DNA of 64,000 bases from an uncultured Spirochaetota bacterium (GTDB lineage: Bacteria; Spirochaetota; Spirochaetia; SZUA-6; CAVTHK01): the NCBI GenBank assembly GCA_963734495.1, contig CAVTHK010000013.1, positions 60,654 through 124,653 of the forward strand. The letters are read 5' to 3'. Of this stretch, positions 21,810 to 32,545 are shown piece after piece. The stretch's first letter is position 1, and every line of letters starts with the position of its first letter. Below the pieces are notes generated by a model that saw nothing but the letters and a program-made list of their open reading frames with translations, was not told where the DNA came from and searched no databases. The translations under genes and the position numbers were made by a program.

Positions 21810-23865
21810 GCGTTCCGCGCACCGAGCGCTACAAGCTGCTGCGGCTCGACCGCGTGAGCCTCGACGAGCACTACTCGGATTTCCTCCGCGATTCCTTTGA
21901 CCGGATGTGCCGGATCGACGGGGACACCGCGTTCGCGGCGAGCTTCGCCTTCGAGCAGATCGGAGCGGCCTCGGACTCGCTGGACCGCCTGACGGCGTTT
22001 CTCATCGAGCGCCTCCTGCCCGCTCTACCCCGAGAGCGAAAACGAGACGGTCGAGCTCGGGCTCAAGCGCGGCCTCTTCCATCTCACGCGCGCGGGCGTG
22101 AGGAACGGCAGCGCCGTGCTCCAGCTCCTGCGGGGGCTCGCGGCGGCCCCCGACCCGAGGATCGCGGAGCTCGGCACGCGGCTCCTGCGGCACAACGAGA
22201 GAGGGCCTCTCGTCTTCCTGGCGGCCGAGGTCGAGCCGTTCTCCAAGAGCGGCGGCCTCGCCAACGTGGTGTCCGAGCTGCCGCGCGAGCTCGCCCGCCT
22301 GGGCGAGCAGGCCGCCGTGATCACCCCGCTCTACCGCCACGGCGACCCCAAGGCGGTCGAGAGGATGCGGCGGGCGGTGCAGCGGTACGGGATCGCCTAC
22401 ACCGGGACCAACGTCCGCTTCTGGATCGACGGCGTGGAGTACGAGTCGGGCGTGCACGCGGGCGACGTCGACGGCGTGCGGTTCTACATGCTCGACCACC
22501 ACGAGTTCTTCGACGGCCTGTACTGGGGGATCACGGCCGAGGAAAAGCTGCGCCGGCGGGTGGCGTTCGCGCGCGCGGCCGCGGAGGTCATCCGCATCTT
22601 CGACCTGCACCCCAACTTCGTGTTCACCAACGACGCCTACACCGGCCCCTTCGACGCCATCGTCAAGGCCGACCCCTTGTACGCGGGCAACCCCGCGTTC
22701 GGGCGCATCACGCTCATCCACGTGATCCACAACGGCGGGTGGCAGTACTTCGACGCGTTCCACCGCCATCGAAAACGGCCGCGACCTGTTCCGGCTCTTC
22801 GGCCTCGCCTGGCACGAGCTGTGGCGCTTCGTCGACCCCGCCGACGATGCGCGCCTCTCCTGCATGGCCGCGGGCGTGCGGTCGGCAGACCGCGTGGTCA
22901 CGGTCAGCCCGTCCTACGCGCGGCAGATCCAGACCGCCAGCGACGGGCTGGAGCGGATCCTCAACGGCGTGATCGGCATCAACAACGGCCTCAACAGGGA
23001 TTTCCGGGAGCGCGCCGAGCGCCGCCTCGAGGAAAGCGGTTTCGTCGAGAACAACTACCCGCGCCTGCTCGAGCGGGTCGCCGCCGACGCGGCGCTCAAG
23101 GCCCGGCTGGAGAGCCGATATCCCGAGATCCTCGAAGGCCCGCGGGCAGTCGAGGAAGTGGGCGCGCGGCTGCGGCGCAGGCTGCTCGTGCGCATGCGGA
23201 ACAAGCTGCTGCTCCAGGTCGAGCGCGGGCTCACCGTCGACCCGGACGCCCTGCTGTGCTGCATGATCCACCGGATCACGGAGCAGAAGGGGTTCCAGCT
23301 CCTCCTCGACGCGTCCGAGGGGCTGTTCAAGAGGGTCGGCATCCAGGCGATCGTGGGGGGCGCGCCCGCCCACGGCGACACGAGGGGGGCGGAGATCGCG
23401 CGGGGGCTGGCGAAGCTGGCGGAGTACTACCCCACGCAGGCCTGGGTCGGCATCGGCTTTCAGGACGTGAGCGTCCCGCTCCTCGGCTGCGACGTGTTCC
23501 TCATGCCGTCGCTGCACGAGCCGGGCGGCATCTCGCAGCTCGAGGCGCTCGCCTGCGGCTGCTTCGTGGTGGCGCGCGCCACCGGCGGGCTGCGCGACAC
23601 GGTGTCGAGCCTGCGGATCGTCGGGGGTCGCATCCTCGGCAGCGGGATCCTGTTCTCCGACTACGCGGCCTGGGCGCTGTACGACGCGATGCAGCGCTGC
23701 AGCACGTTCCTGCGCAGCGTCGACGAGCAGCGGCTGGCCGCGGCGCGCGAGGCGCTGATGCAGAACGTCTACGACTGGCGCAAGCCCGCGGAGCTCTACC
23801 TCCGCGAGATCTACGGGATCAAGGAGATCGTGCGCCCCGACCTCGTCGAGACGCCCGCGTCGTGA
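21806..23865 (+). pseudogene. glgA: glycogen synthase (GT5) with a roughly 100-aa N-terminal extension; at least 2 frameshifts (about 22020, about 22790)
   Basis: FLAAEVEPFSKSGGLANVV, the HN motif region, and C-terminal ...LHEPGGISQLEALACG... are split between ORFs 21806, 22098 and 22864. Confidence 0.7.
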
Positions 23866-23909
23866 AACGGGAGCGCGGCCCCGGGGCCGCGCACGGAGAT
23901 GCGTCCGCG

Positions 23910-24965
23910 ATGATCGTCTTTCACTCGCCGGCTCACGCCAGGCACGCGCCGGCACACCAGTTCGAGGGCGGAGGGCACCTGATCGAGCCCTATCCGGACG
24001 TGCCGGGCCGCGTCGGCGCGATCCTCGAGGCGCTGAGCGGCACGGGACTCGCGTCCGAGCTGCGCGAGCCGCCCCCCTGCGCGGACAGCGACCTCCTCGC
24101 GGTCCACGATCCGGGCCTGCTCGAGTTCCTGCGCGGCGCATACGCCTTCTACCTCGAAGCGACCGGCCGGATCGGCCCGGTGGTCCCCGACACGATGAAC
24201 CTCGCCTCCGGCCGCCCCGGCGCGCGGCGCTCGCCCCGCTCGCGGCCCCGCTCGCTGCTGGGGCAGCTCGGCTGGTACGGGTTCGACGCGCAGACGCCGA
24301 TCACCGAAGGCACCTGGGAGGCCGCGCGCGGGGCCGCCTCGTGCGCGCTCGCGGCGGCCCGCTCGGTGGCCGCGGGCGCGGCGCTCTCGTACGCGGCCTG
24401 CCGGCCCCCCGGCCATCACGCGGGACCCGACTTTTACGGAGGCTATGGCTTTCTGAACAACGCCGCGCTGGCGGCCGCGGCGTTGCGGGAGCAGGCCCTG
24501 CGCGTCGCCGTCATCGACGTGGACTACCACCACGGCAACGGCACCCAGGAGGTCTTCTACGAGGACCCGAGTGTCCTCTACGTTTCCGTGCACGCGGACC
24601 CGGACTGGGCCTACCCGTACTTCTGGGGCCGGTCGGACGAGCGGGGGGCCGGTGCCGGCGAGGGCGCCACGCGCAACATACCGCTCGCGCTCGGGACGGG
24701 CGAGCCGGACTACCTCTCCGCGCTCGACGAGGCGGTCGGCACGGTCGCCGCCTTTGGGGCCGCGGGCCTGGTCGTGTCGCTGGGCACCGACACGTTCGAG
24801 CGGGATCCGCTCGGCACGTTCGCCCTGTCCTTCGACGGCTTCGCGCGCGCGGGGGAGAAGATCAGCCGGCTGCGGCTGCCGACCGTGGTCGTCCAGGAAG
24901 GCGGCTACAGCGTCGAGGAGATCGGCCGCTGCGTGGTGCGCTTCTTCGAGGGCCTGCGGGGCTGA
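23910..24965 (+). CDS. histone-deacetylase-family (AcuC/APAH-like) amidohydrolase
   Basis: IDVDYHHGNGTQ, GGYGF and the arginase/deacetylase fold. Same strand as glgA and 45 nt downstream of it. Confidence 0.75.
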   Translation: MIVFHSPAHARHAPAHQFEGGGHLIEPYPDVPGRVGAILEALSGTGLASELREPPPCADSDLLAVHDPGLLEFLRGAYAFYLEATGRIGPVVPDTMNLASGRPGARRSPRSRPRSLLGQLGWYGFDAQTPITEGTWEAARGAASCALAAARSVAAGAALSYAACRPPGHHAGPDFYGGYGFLNNAALAAAALREQALRVAVIDVDYHHGNGTQEVFYEDPSVLYVSVHADPDWAYPYFWGRSDERGAGAGEGATRNIPLALGTGEPDYLSALDEAVGTVAAFGAAGLVVSLGTDTFERDPLGTFALSFDGFARAGEKISRLRLPTVVVQEGGYSVEEIGRCVVRFFEGLRG

Positions 24966-24993
24966 GCGCGCTGAGCAGGCTGAGCGCGGCGCC

Positions 24994-25902
24994 TCAGTGG
25001 CTGCCGGCGGGCTCGGCGACGCGGTGCGCGCACTGCGCCTCGACGTAGGCGACGATCCTTTCCGCCAGGTCGACGCCCGAAGTCTCCTCCACGCCCTCCA
25101 GCCCGGGCGAGCCGTTGACCTCGAGCACGAGAGGGCCGCGCCGCGATCGCACGATGTCCACGCCCGCGCAGCGGAGCCCGAGCGCCTGGACCGCGTGGAC
25201 GGCGAGGGAGCGCTCCGCTTCGGAGGAATCCACGCTCGCGCCCTTTCCGCCCCTGTGCAGATTGGAGCGGAACTCGTCGCCGACGCTCTGACGCAGCATG
25301 GTGGCCACGACCTCGTCGCCGACGACGATCATGCGCAGGTCGCTGCCCTCGGCCTCGTGTATGTACTCCTGGAGCAGCACGCTGACGTCGACGCCCCAGA
25401 ACGCCTCGAGGGCGCTGCGCGCCGCGCGGAGACTGTCCGCGAGCACGACGCCGACGCCCTGGGTCCCTTCGAGCACCTTGATCACGACCGGCGGCCCGTC
25501 GACCATCCGCACGAGATCCTCGGCGTAGCGCGGTGAATGCGCGAACGCGGTGCGCGGGACTCCCACGCCGGCCTCGGCGAGCAGCTGCGTGCAGACCAGC
25601 TTGTCGCGCGCGCGGGCGATGCCGGTCGCGCCGTTCAGGCAGAAGACTCCGGCCATCTCGAACTGCCTCACGACGGCGCTGCCGTAGGAGTTCGTGGAGG
25701 CGGCCACTCTCGGGATCACGGCGTCGAACCCGAGCAGCTCGATGCCCCGGTAGCTGATCGTCCGCCGTTCCGCGCTGATGCCGAGGGTGCAGCGGGCCGG
25801 GTCGACCACGAGCACCTCGTGGCCGCGGCCTTCGGCGGCTTCGCGGATTCTCCGCGTAGAGTAGATCTCCCCGCTGCGGGAGAGGAGCCCGATCCGCATC
25901 AC
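24994..25902 (-). CDS. rimK: RimK-family ATP-grasp alpha-L-glutamate ligase
   Basis: 302-aa ATP-grasp protein: MMRIGLLSR...VVIKVLEGTQGVGVVL...LQEYI. Confidence 0.75.
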   Translation of the reverse strand: MMRIGLLSRSGEIYSTRRIREAAEGRGHEVLVVDPARCTLGISAERRTISYRGIELLGFDAVIPRVAASTNSYGSAVVRQFEMAGVFCLNGATGIARARDKLVCTQLLAEAGVGVPRTAFAHSPRYAEDLVRMVDGPPVVIKVLEGTQGVGVVLADSLRAARSALEAFWGVDVSVLLQEYIHEAEGSDLRMIVVGDEVVATMLRQSVGDEFRSNLHRGGKGASVDSSEAERSLAVHAVQALGLRCAGVDIVRSRRGPLVLEVNGSPGLEGVEETSGVDLAERIVAYVEAQCAHRVAEPAGSH

Positions 25903-25998
25903 GCCACCTCGCCTGCGCCGCGATCGAAGTGCACGAGGCCCTCGAGCGGCGGGTCAAACAGCCGGGCGACAGTAAAGTGAAGGTGACCTGCGCGTCAA

Positions 25999-26094
25999 CC
26001 TATCCTGGCGGGCATAGCGGGCGGGAGCCCTACGGGGATAGGCGAATGCCTATCCCGTGGCGGGCATAGCGGGCGGGAGCCCTACGGGGATAGG
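25999..26094. repeat. Two tandem copies of a 44-46-nt palindromic unit (CCTATCC..GGCGGGCATAGCGGGCGGGAGCCCTACGG..GGATAGG) separated by 6 nt
   Basis: Direct reading. Each unit is closed by the inverted repeat CCTATCC/GGATAGG. Lies between rimK and nudC and overlaps the last codons of the nudC ORF. Confidence 0.6.
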
Positions 26095-26936
26095 CCGGCC
26101 CCGCCGCCCGGAGCGTGCTTCGCCGTGAACCAGTCGATCAGCCGGCGCGATATGCTCGCCCGGTCCGGAACGCGGGGCATGGCGTCGGCCCTGAACCAGG
26201 CCGCCTCCTTGACCTCGGCGCCGTCGATCGCGATCTCACCGGAGGCGTGCTCCGCCGTGAACGCCAGCATCAGCGAGTGCGGGAACGACCAGCTCTGGCT
26301 GCCGAAGTAGCGGATCGCCTCGACCTCGATGCCGGTCTCCTCGCGGACCTCGCGCACGACGCACTCCTCCAGCGTCTCGCCGGGCTCCACGAAGCCGGCG
26401 ATCACGCTGAAGAGGCCCGGCGGGAAGCGGTCGGCATGGGCCATCAACAGGCTCGCGCCCCGCGTCACAGCAACGATGATGGCGGGCGACAGCCGAGGGA
26501 ACACCATGGCGCCGCAGGAGGAGCACAGCTTGGCGCGCTCGTCCTCCTTGGTCCGGGTCGGCGCGCCGCACCGGCCGCAGAACTGGTGGTCCCGGTCCCA
26601 GGTCACGATCTGCTTGGCCATGCCTGCCAGGTTGAACAGCTCGTCTCCGAGGCCGGCGAACAGGGGGCGCAGGCCCTCGAACCGGGCGCCCGTCACGGCC
26701 CCGGCCGAATCCGCCCGCGCCGCGTAGGCCGGCTCGCCCTCGAGCACGCCGAGGTAGTGGGCCTCCGCCGCGCGGAGACCGGCCCGATCCAGGTCCGACG
26801 TGCGCGGGATCAGCGCCTCGCCGGTCCCGCCGCCCTCGCGCACGAGAAGGTCTTCGTGCCGGTAGACGAACCACCAGGCTGCGGCCGGGGGCGGGCCCTG
26901 CAGCGTCCCGGAGCCTGAGCCTCTGTCGAACTTCAC
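26082..26936 (-). CDS. nudC: NADH pyrophosphatase (Nudix hydrolase with zinc ribbon)
   Basis: CGRCG...CSSCG zinc ribbon, Nudix box GFVEPGETLEECVVREVREETG. Confidence 0.75.
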   Translation of the reverse strand: MKFDRGSGSGTLQGPPPAAAWWFVYRHEDLLVREGGGTGEALIPRTSDLDRAGLRAAEAHYLGVLEGEPAYAARADSAGAVTGARFEGLRPLFAGLGDELFNLAGMAKQIVTWDRDHQFCGRCGAPTRTKEDERAKLCSSCGAMVFPRLSPAIIVAVTRGASLLMAHADRFPPGLFSVIAGFVEPGETLEECVVREVREETGIEVEAIRYFGSQSWSFPHSLMLAFTAEHASGEIAIDGAEVKEAAWFRADAMPRVPDRASISRRLIDWFTAKHAPGGGAGLSP

Positions 26937-27075
26937 GGGAGCCTCACCTCGCGAGGGAATTCATGGATGCCGATGCGTCGGAGGATAGCAGGCGGGCGCA
27001 TCCGTGTACAGGCAAGCCGTGGAAGTTGCTGCGCGGGCGGCGGCTGCATTACAATTTCAGGCGAGAGGTGCGGCG

Positions 27076-27285
27076 ATGGACGACCTGGGCGCTCAAATCG
27101 GAGAGGCGGCAGGAGCGGTCTGGCGCGCTCTGGAGGGCAGCACCAGCTGGACGACTGCCACTCAGCTCCGCAATCGCACGTCCCTTTCCAACGACATGCT
27201 CCAGAGGGCTCTTGGCTGGCTCGCTCGCGAAGGCAAGATCCAGTTCGAGGTCTCGGGCAAAGTCGTCAAGGTGATGCTGAGGTAA
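27076..27285 (+). CDS. small winged-helix protein, DUF2582-like
   Basis: 69 aa: MDDLGAQIGEAAGAVWRALEGSTSWTTATQLRNRTSLSNDMLQRALGWLAREGKI. Preceded by a -10-like TACAAT and RBS GAGAGG. Confidence 0.55.
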   Translation: MDDLGAQIGEAAGAVWRALEGSTSWTTATQLRNRTSLSNDMLQRALGWLAREGKIQFEVSGKVVKVMLR

Positions 27286-28051
27286 GCAGCGCCTCGAGCT
27301 CCCGCAGGCGGGCGATCACCGTGAGCCGGCCGCGCGCGGCGGCGTCGGCCAGCACCGCCTCGGGGTCGCCGTAGCGCTCGCGCAGCCGCTCGGGGGCATC
27401 TCCCGAGACCTGCCCCGGCCTGCGGATCAGCACCGCGCGCATGCCTGCTGCCGCCGCAGCCTGGTAATCGACGATCGAGTCGCCCACGTACGCCGTCTCC
27501 TCGGGACGCAGGTCCGTGCCCGCGAGGGCGAGCCGCATGATCCGCGGGTCCGGCTTCTCGACCCCGACCTCCGCCGAAACGATCACGCGCTCGAAGAAGC
27601 GCTCGAGCCCGCTCTGCTTCAATACCGAACGGACGTGGGGCGGATGATCGAAGTTGCTGACGAGGCCCACGCGGCGTCCGGCGGCGGCTGCGAGGACGCC
27701 CGCGGCATCGGGATCGAGGCGCAGCATCGCCTGCCAGCCCGCGCACGTCGCGTCCGCGACCGCCCGCAGGTCCGCGGGCGCGAGCGCGAGGCCCATCTCA
27801 CGCGCCACGCCCCCGATGCGGCTCTCGAACCGGGTGGTGCCCGGAATGTCCGCGAGCGGCTCGCCCCAGATGCCGGCGAGCCGCTCGCCGAAACGCTGCT
27901 CCGCCTCGCCGAGCCCGCGGGCGCGGAGCTGCCGGTAGCAGGCGCCGACCCACGCGCGCCGCGCGGCCTCGGGATCGGGGGGCAGGAAGAGCGTTCCGTA
28001 CAGGTCGAAGAAGACGCCTCGCAGCCGCGGCGCGCCACCCCGGGCTCTCAC
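27266..28051 (-). CDS. HAD-family hydrolase
   Basis: Motif I FFDLYGTLF, plus the SNFD and VGDS motifs. GTG start (alternative upstream ATG at 28135). Confidence 0.7.
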   Translation of the reverse strand: MRARGGAPRLRGVFFDLYGTLFLPPDPEAARRAWVGACYRQLRARGLGEAEQRFGERLAGIWGEPLADIPGTTRFESRIGGVAREMGLALAPADLRAVADATCAGWQAMLRLDPDAAGVLAAAAGRRVGLVSNFDHPPHVRSVLKQSGLERFFERVIVSAEVGVEKPDPRIMRLALAGTDLRPEETAYVGDSIVDYQAAAAAGMRAVLIRRPGQVSGDAPERLRERYGDPEAVLADAAARGRLTVIARLRELEALLTSASP

Positions 28052-28062
28052 CGGCCGCGGCT

Positions 28063-28326
28063 TCAGGCCCGCACGACGTCGACCGAAGCCCGGACCGCGC
28101 CGGCCTGCCCTTCGAGATCGACGACGACGTGCCACTTGCCCTTGAACGGAGGCACGAACTTGACGGGGTTGGTGGTCTCGGGGCCGGCCGTGGCCTCGTA
28201 GCGCTTGCCCAACTTGTACTTCGCGAAGGCGATCGGGTCGAGGAGGCGCACGTTCCCCGTTCCGGTGAGGTTGACCTGGATGATGTACCCGGGGCCCGTG
28301 TCGACGATGTAGTGAAGGAAGTGCAT
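28063..28326 (-). CDS. DUF1883-like small protein
   Basis: 87 aa: MHFLHYIVDTGPGYIIQVNLTGTGNVRLLDP... Confidence 0.45.
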   Translation of the reverse strand: MHFLHYIVDTGPGYIIQVNLTGTGNVRLLDPIAFAKYKLGKRYEATAGPETTNPVKFVPPFKGKWHVVVDLEGQAGAVRASVDVVRA

Positions 28327-28336
28327 GCGCGGCTCC

Positions 28337-28684
28337 TCAGCCCGGAGGCCAGGTCATCTGGCGGCCGCCGAGTATGTGCGCGTGCAGGTAGTCGACCGTC
28401 TGCTGCCCGTGGCGGCCGCAGTTAAAGACAACCCGGTAGCCCGGCCCGTCGAGGCCAAGCAGGCGGGCCGCGCGCGCGACGCCCTGCATGAACCTGCCGA
28501 CCTCTTCGACGTCGAGATCGGCCAGCTCCTTGAAGCTCCCCACCCTGCGCTTGGGAATGACGAGCACGTGAACGGGCGCCTGCGGGTTGACGTCCCTGAA
28601 GGCGAGCACGTGCTCGTCGTCGTGCACCACGTCGGCCGTTGCCTCGCCGGCGAGGATCCTGTCGAAGATGGTCTTCGCGGCCAA
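28337..28684 (-). CDS. HIT-family (histidine triad) hydrolase
   Basis: AAKTIFDRILAGE...HVLAFRDVNPQAPVHVLVIPK...HAHILGG. TTG start; alternative ATG at 28747. Confidence 0.75.
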   Translation of the reverse strand: MAAKTIFDRILAGEATADVVHDDEHVLAFRDVNPQAPVHVLVIPKRRVGSFKELADLDVEEVGRFMQGVARAARLLGLDGPGYRVVFNCGRHGQQTVDYLHAHILGGRQMTWPPG

Positions 28685-28868
28685 GTGTCTGCTCCCCGCG
28701 CGTCCGCTCTCACCTCGCGCTCCAGCGAAAGTATAGCGGTCGGGCATCGCTTGTCCATCGCGGCATCGCGGCATGGCGGCATCGCTGCCCGGGCGGAAAC
28801 GGGAGGCCCGGGCGGGGCCAGCAGGCGCGCGGGTGCGGGCCTGCGCGCGCGGCCCGCGCGGGGCGCGC

Positions 28869-29886
28869 TCAGTCCGCCAGCGAGCCCGCGCCGGCCGCGC
28901 GGAGCACGGCGTCCACGAACTCCAGCGTCGCCGCGCCGTCGGCGGCGCTCGACACGGGCCTGCGCCCGGGGTCGCGCGCGCACGCAACCGCGTCGGCCAT
29001 CATCCCGGCGAAGTAGCCCGTGACGCGGGGGCGGCCCCGGCGAACGCGGGCGAGCGATCGCATCCCCGTGTAGTACGGGCTCGGGCCGCTGCGGTACTCT
29101 TCGTAGACGCCGTTGCCGATGCGCAGCCGGCCGCGGGCAAAGCTCAGGTCCACCTCGAAGACGAGGTGATCGCGCCCCGACCCGATCTCCATGAGGACGG
29201 GCACGGCCCCGGCAGCCGCGGTGACGACGAGCGCCTCGGCCGCCGCCTCGGCCCCCGCGCCGGGCATATGCGCAAGCGCCGCCCCGCGCAGCTCGAGGGC
29301 CGCGCCCGCGAGGAACGCGATGATGTCGGCGAGGTGCGTGCCGTCGAACAGCAGGATGTCGGCCGCCGGCCGCGTGCGGCCCAGGTAGAGACGCGAGGCG
29401 ATCGAGAGCAGCGGGCCGTAGCGGCCCTCGGCCACGATCCGCCGGGCGGCGAGGTAGTCGCGGGAGTAGCGGCGCTCGTGGTTGGTGAGGATGCGCGGCC
29501 CGCCTTCGCGGTCGAGGGCGGCGATGGCGCGGGCCTCGTCGAGGCGTTCCGCCAGCGGCTTCTCGCAGACGATCACCCGCACGCCCGCGCGGGCCGCGGC
29601 TTCGACGATCGCGAGGTGAGTGTCGGGAGGCGAGGCGACGTGCAGCACATGGGGCTTCGAGCCCGCGAGCAGCGAATCGACGTCGGCGAACACGTGCCTG
29701 CAGCGCCATCGCCGGGCAAAGGCCTCGCGCCGCGACGGGTCAGGGTCGCAGCCGCCGACGAGGATGCAGTCCCTGTTGCCGTGCGATCGCGCCCGCGTGC
29801 GTCGCGGGCTTCTCGCGCAGCCGGTCGTCCTCGAGCAGGCTCCCGATGCGGCCGAGCCCGGCGACGGCGCAGCGCAGCCGGGTCAC
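28869..29886 (-). CDS. Gfo/Idh/MocA-family oxidoreductase; frameshift near 29735
   Basis: N-terminus VTRLRCAVAGLGRIGSLLEDDRL (Rossmann) is in ORF 29740..30324. The remainder is in ORF 28869..29693. The GTG start overlaps the stop of the HD hydrolase (GTGA). Confidence 0.65.
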
Positions 29887-30683
29887 AGGTAGCGCTTGGT
29901 CTCCCCGCCGGCGCACTCGGAGACGAGCTCGATGTAGGGCTTGGCCGGGCTGGGGTCGATCTTCTTCAGCAGGACCTCCTCGATCTGGAACATCCCGATC
30001 GAGGCGCTCATTTCCACGTGGATCCGGATCGGCTTCTCCTCGCCCTTGCCGATGCGCACCTTCTCGATCGCCGTGGCGGAGTGCTTGTGGATGTCGCCCA
30101 TGCGCGCGTCGGTGGCGAGGAGCATGGGGATGCGCGCGCGTCCCTTCTCCATGTCGCACCCGTCGGCGATCATCACGAGGCCCGCCTCCAGCGAGTGGAC
30201 GCGGTGCAGCCCCATGTGCCCGACGATGCCCTCGACGACCATCGACCGCACGATGACGCGCCTCTCGATATCCTGCGGGTACACCTGGGCCACGATGCGG
30301 TCGATGATCGGCATCGCGAGCCAAACGCCCGTGTGCTCGTGATCCTCGCGGCTCACGGTCATGCCCACGTCGTGGAGAAAAGCGGCGACGAGCACGGCGA
30401 CCCTGCTGTCCTCGAGGGTGCCGATCTCCTCGCTCTCGAGGTTCAGCTTGACTCCCCCCTCCGTGAGGAGGTCGATCATCCGCAGCGCGTTGAGCACGAC
30501 CTGGCGCATGTGCACAGGTCCGTGGTCGTTGTATCCCAGCCGCTTGATCGCGACGGTGTTGGCGTAGTCCTGCAGGTGGTGCACTTCGGGGTCGTTGACG
30601 AGGATCTGGGCCGCCCGATGGGCGAGCCCGTCGACCTTGCGCAGCAGCACCGCGTCAAGGTTCAGTTCTTTCGGTGACTTCAA
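29883..30683 (-). CDS. HD-domain phosphohydrolase
   Basis: HD...FLHDVG motif. TTG start with AAGGAG RBS. Hairpin GCCCCTGGTGACCCAAGGGGC plus a T-rich tract just upstream. Confidence 0.7.
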   Translation of the reverse strand: MKSPKELNLDAVLLRKVDGLAHRAAQILVNDPEVHHLQDYANTVAIKRLGYNDHGPVHMRQVVLNALRMIDLLTEGGVKLNLESEEIGTLEDSRVAVLVAAFLHDVGMTVSREDHEHTGVWLAMPIIDRIVAQVYPQDIERRVIVRSMVVEGIVGHMGLHRVHSLEAGLVMIADGCDMEKGRARIPMLLATDARMGDIHKHSATAIEKVRIGKGEEKPIRIHVEMSASIGMFQIEEVLLKKIDPSPAKPYIELVSECAGGETKRYL

Positions 30684-30797
30684 TACGAATGACTCCTTGC
30701 CGTAAGATAAGCCCCTGGTGACCCAAGGGGCAAAAGGTTGAAGGCCGCCGCGCGGCGCCCGGCCCCTCCCGGGAGCGACGGATGCGGCGGCGGCCCT

Positions 30798-32544
30798 TTA
30801 GTGGCCCTCGGCGGAAACGGCGTCCCAGCCGCCGGCCTCGCGGATCGCGTCGAGCCTGACGAACGTGCCCTCGCGGCAGAGCAGCCTGCCGCCCGCCTCG
30901 CAGAGGCCGCAGATCCCCACGCCGCAGAGGCTGGGGGTCTCGAGCGAGCTGACGATGCGCGCCGGCGGCACGCCCGCGGCCTCCTCCGCCTCTGCCGCCC
31001 GCTGCATCAGGGCCGGCGGCCCGATGTTGCAGCAGAAAGCGGCCGCCGCGTCCCGCTCCGCCGCGAGGCGGGCGGCGAGCGCCGCGACGACGCGGCCGGG
31101 CGTGCCGCGGTCGGGTACCACCACGCGCTCGGCCGCGGCGGGCACGAGCGACGCGAGCGTCGCCTCCTCTTCCCGCGACACGCCGTAGAAGAAGCTCACC
31201 CGCGCGCCCGCCTCGAGGAGGCTCTCGACCAGCCGCGGGGCCACGGCGATCCCGGTCCCGCCCGCGACGACCCAGGCGCGCGCCGCGCTCGCGATGCGGG
31301 GAGCGGCGCCGTAGGGGCCGCGCAGGAACACGGTGCCGCCGCGTCCCACCTCCCAGAGCGCCTGCGTGAAGGCCCCGCGCCTGCGGAACACGAACGAAAG
31401 CGGCTCGCGCAGAGCGATCGAGAACGGCTTCTCACCCACCCCTGGAAGAAAGACGAAGGCGTACTGGCTCGCCTCGTAATCGAGGCGGCCTTCCAGGACG
31501 ATCAGCTTGACGTCCGCGCCGACGGCGCGCGATTCCCGGACCGCAAAGGGCCGGTAGGCCATGACCGGCGCCTGCGACACCACCGCGGAAGCGTCGTCGG
31601 TGCCGGCGGCCGCGTCCCGCGCGAGCGCCGCGACAAAGCGCGGCAGCGCCTCCTGCGGGGCGACGCGCGCAAGGACGCTGCCGACGCCGACGATGTCCGC
31701 CCCCGCCTCGGCCAGCCGCCGCACGTGCGCGCCCGCGGAGACGCCGCCCATGCCGATGATCGGCACGCCGCGGCCGACCGCTGCCCGCGCCTCCGCGACC
31801 TTGCGCGCCGCGAGCTCCCGGATTCCCTCGCCCGAGCGGCCGCCGAGCCCTTCGGGGTGGCCGAGGATCGGGGCGCCGCTCGCCGGCTCCCGGTAGACGT
31901 ACGGCCCGGCCGTGTTGATCGCGGCGATCCCGTCCGCGCCCCCCTCCATCGCGGCCCGCGCGATGCCGCCGATGTCGTCGGTGTTGGGCGTCAGCTTCGC
32001 GAGGAACGGGCGCGTGGTAGACGCCCTGACGGCGCGGCAGATCTCCCGGACCAGGTCTGGGTCGCTGCCGATGGCACTGCCGGAGCGATCGAGCGTGTGC
32101 GGGCAGGACAGGTTCAGCTCGAAGAGATCGGCGACGCGGCTCGAGCGCCGAGGCCAGCGCGCAGAAGTCCTCGGCCGTCCCCGCCGCGAGCGAAACGTTG
32201 AGCAGGGCCCGCATCGGGCCGAGAGCCGCCAGCTCGCGCAGCGCGGTCTCCATCCCCGGGTTGCGGAGGCCCACGGCGTTGCCGAACGTGCCGGCTGGCC
32301 CTTCGGGGTCTTCGCAGAGGATCGGCTCGCGGTTGCCGGGGTTCGCGAAGCGCTGGAAGCTCTTGGTCGTGATGACGGAGACCTCGGGCATCGCGCGATC
32401 CACCCACCGGATGAGGCCCGGGCGCGTCGTGAGGATCCCCGACACGGTGGCGAGCCCGCCGCCTGTGGCGAGCAGCCGCAGGACCTGCGCGCGCGGGCGC
32501 AACGGGCGGCTGGGGCGCCTGCCGTCGGCCATGGGTACCTTCAT
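30798..32544 (-). CDS. pyrD: dihydroorotate dehydrogenase (class 1B catalytic, PyrD) fused in frame to a PyrK-like FAD/[2Fe-2S] electron-transfer subunit; frameshift near 32080
   Basis: PyrD N-terminus (ITTKSF...ANPGNREP...GLRNPG) is in ORF 31432..32544. PyrD C-terminus (GADGIAAINT...PIIGMGGV) runs continuously into the PyrK-like region (...GTGIAV...CGVGICGLC) in ORF 30798..31949. Confidence 0.65.
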
Positions 32545-32545
32545 C

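Noticed and set aside
21301-22200. Possible single giant GH13-GlgA fusion protein.
   Set aside because: The GH13 ORF ends with TGA overlapping a GTG (GTGA) that begins the GlgA N-extension frame. This fits two translationally coupled genes better than a fusion, given the uncertainty from nearby frameshifts.
25999-26094. Possible mini-CRISPR array.
   Set aside because: There are only two repeats, the intervening sequence is 6 nt, and the repeats are internally palindromic with no spacer-like unique sequence. No cas genes are present in the window.
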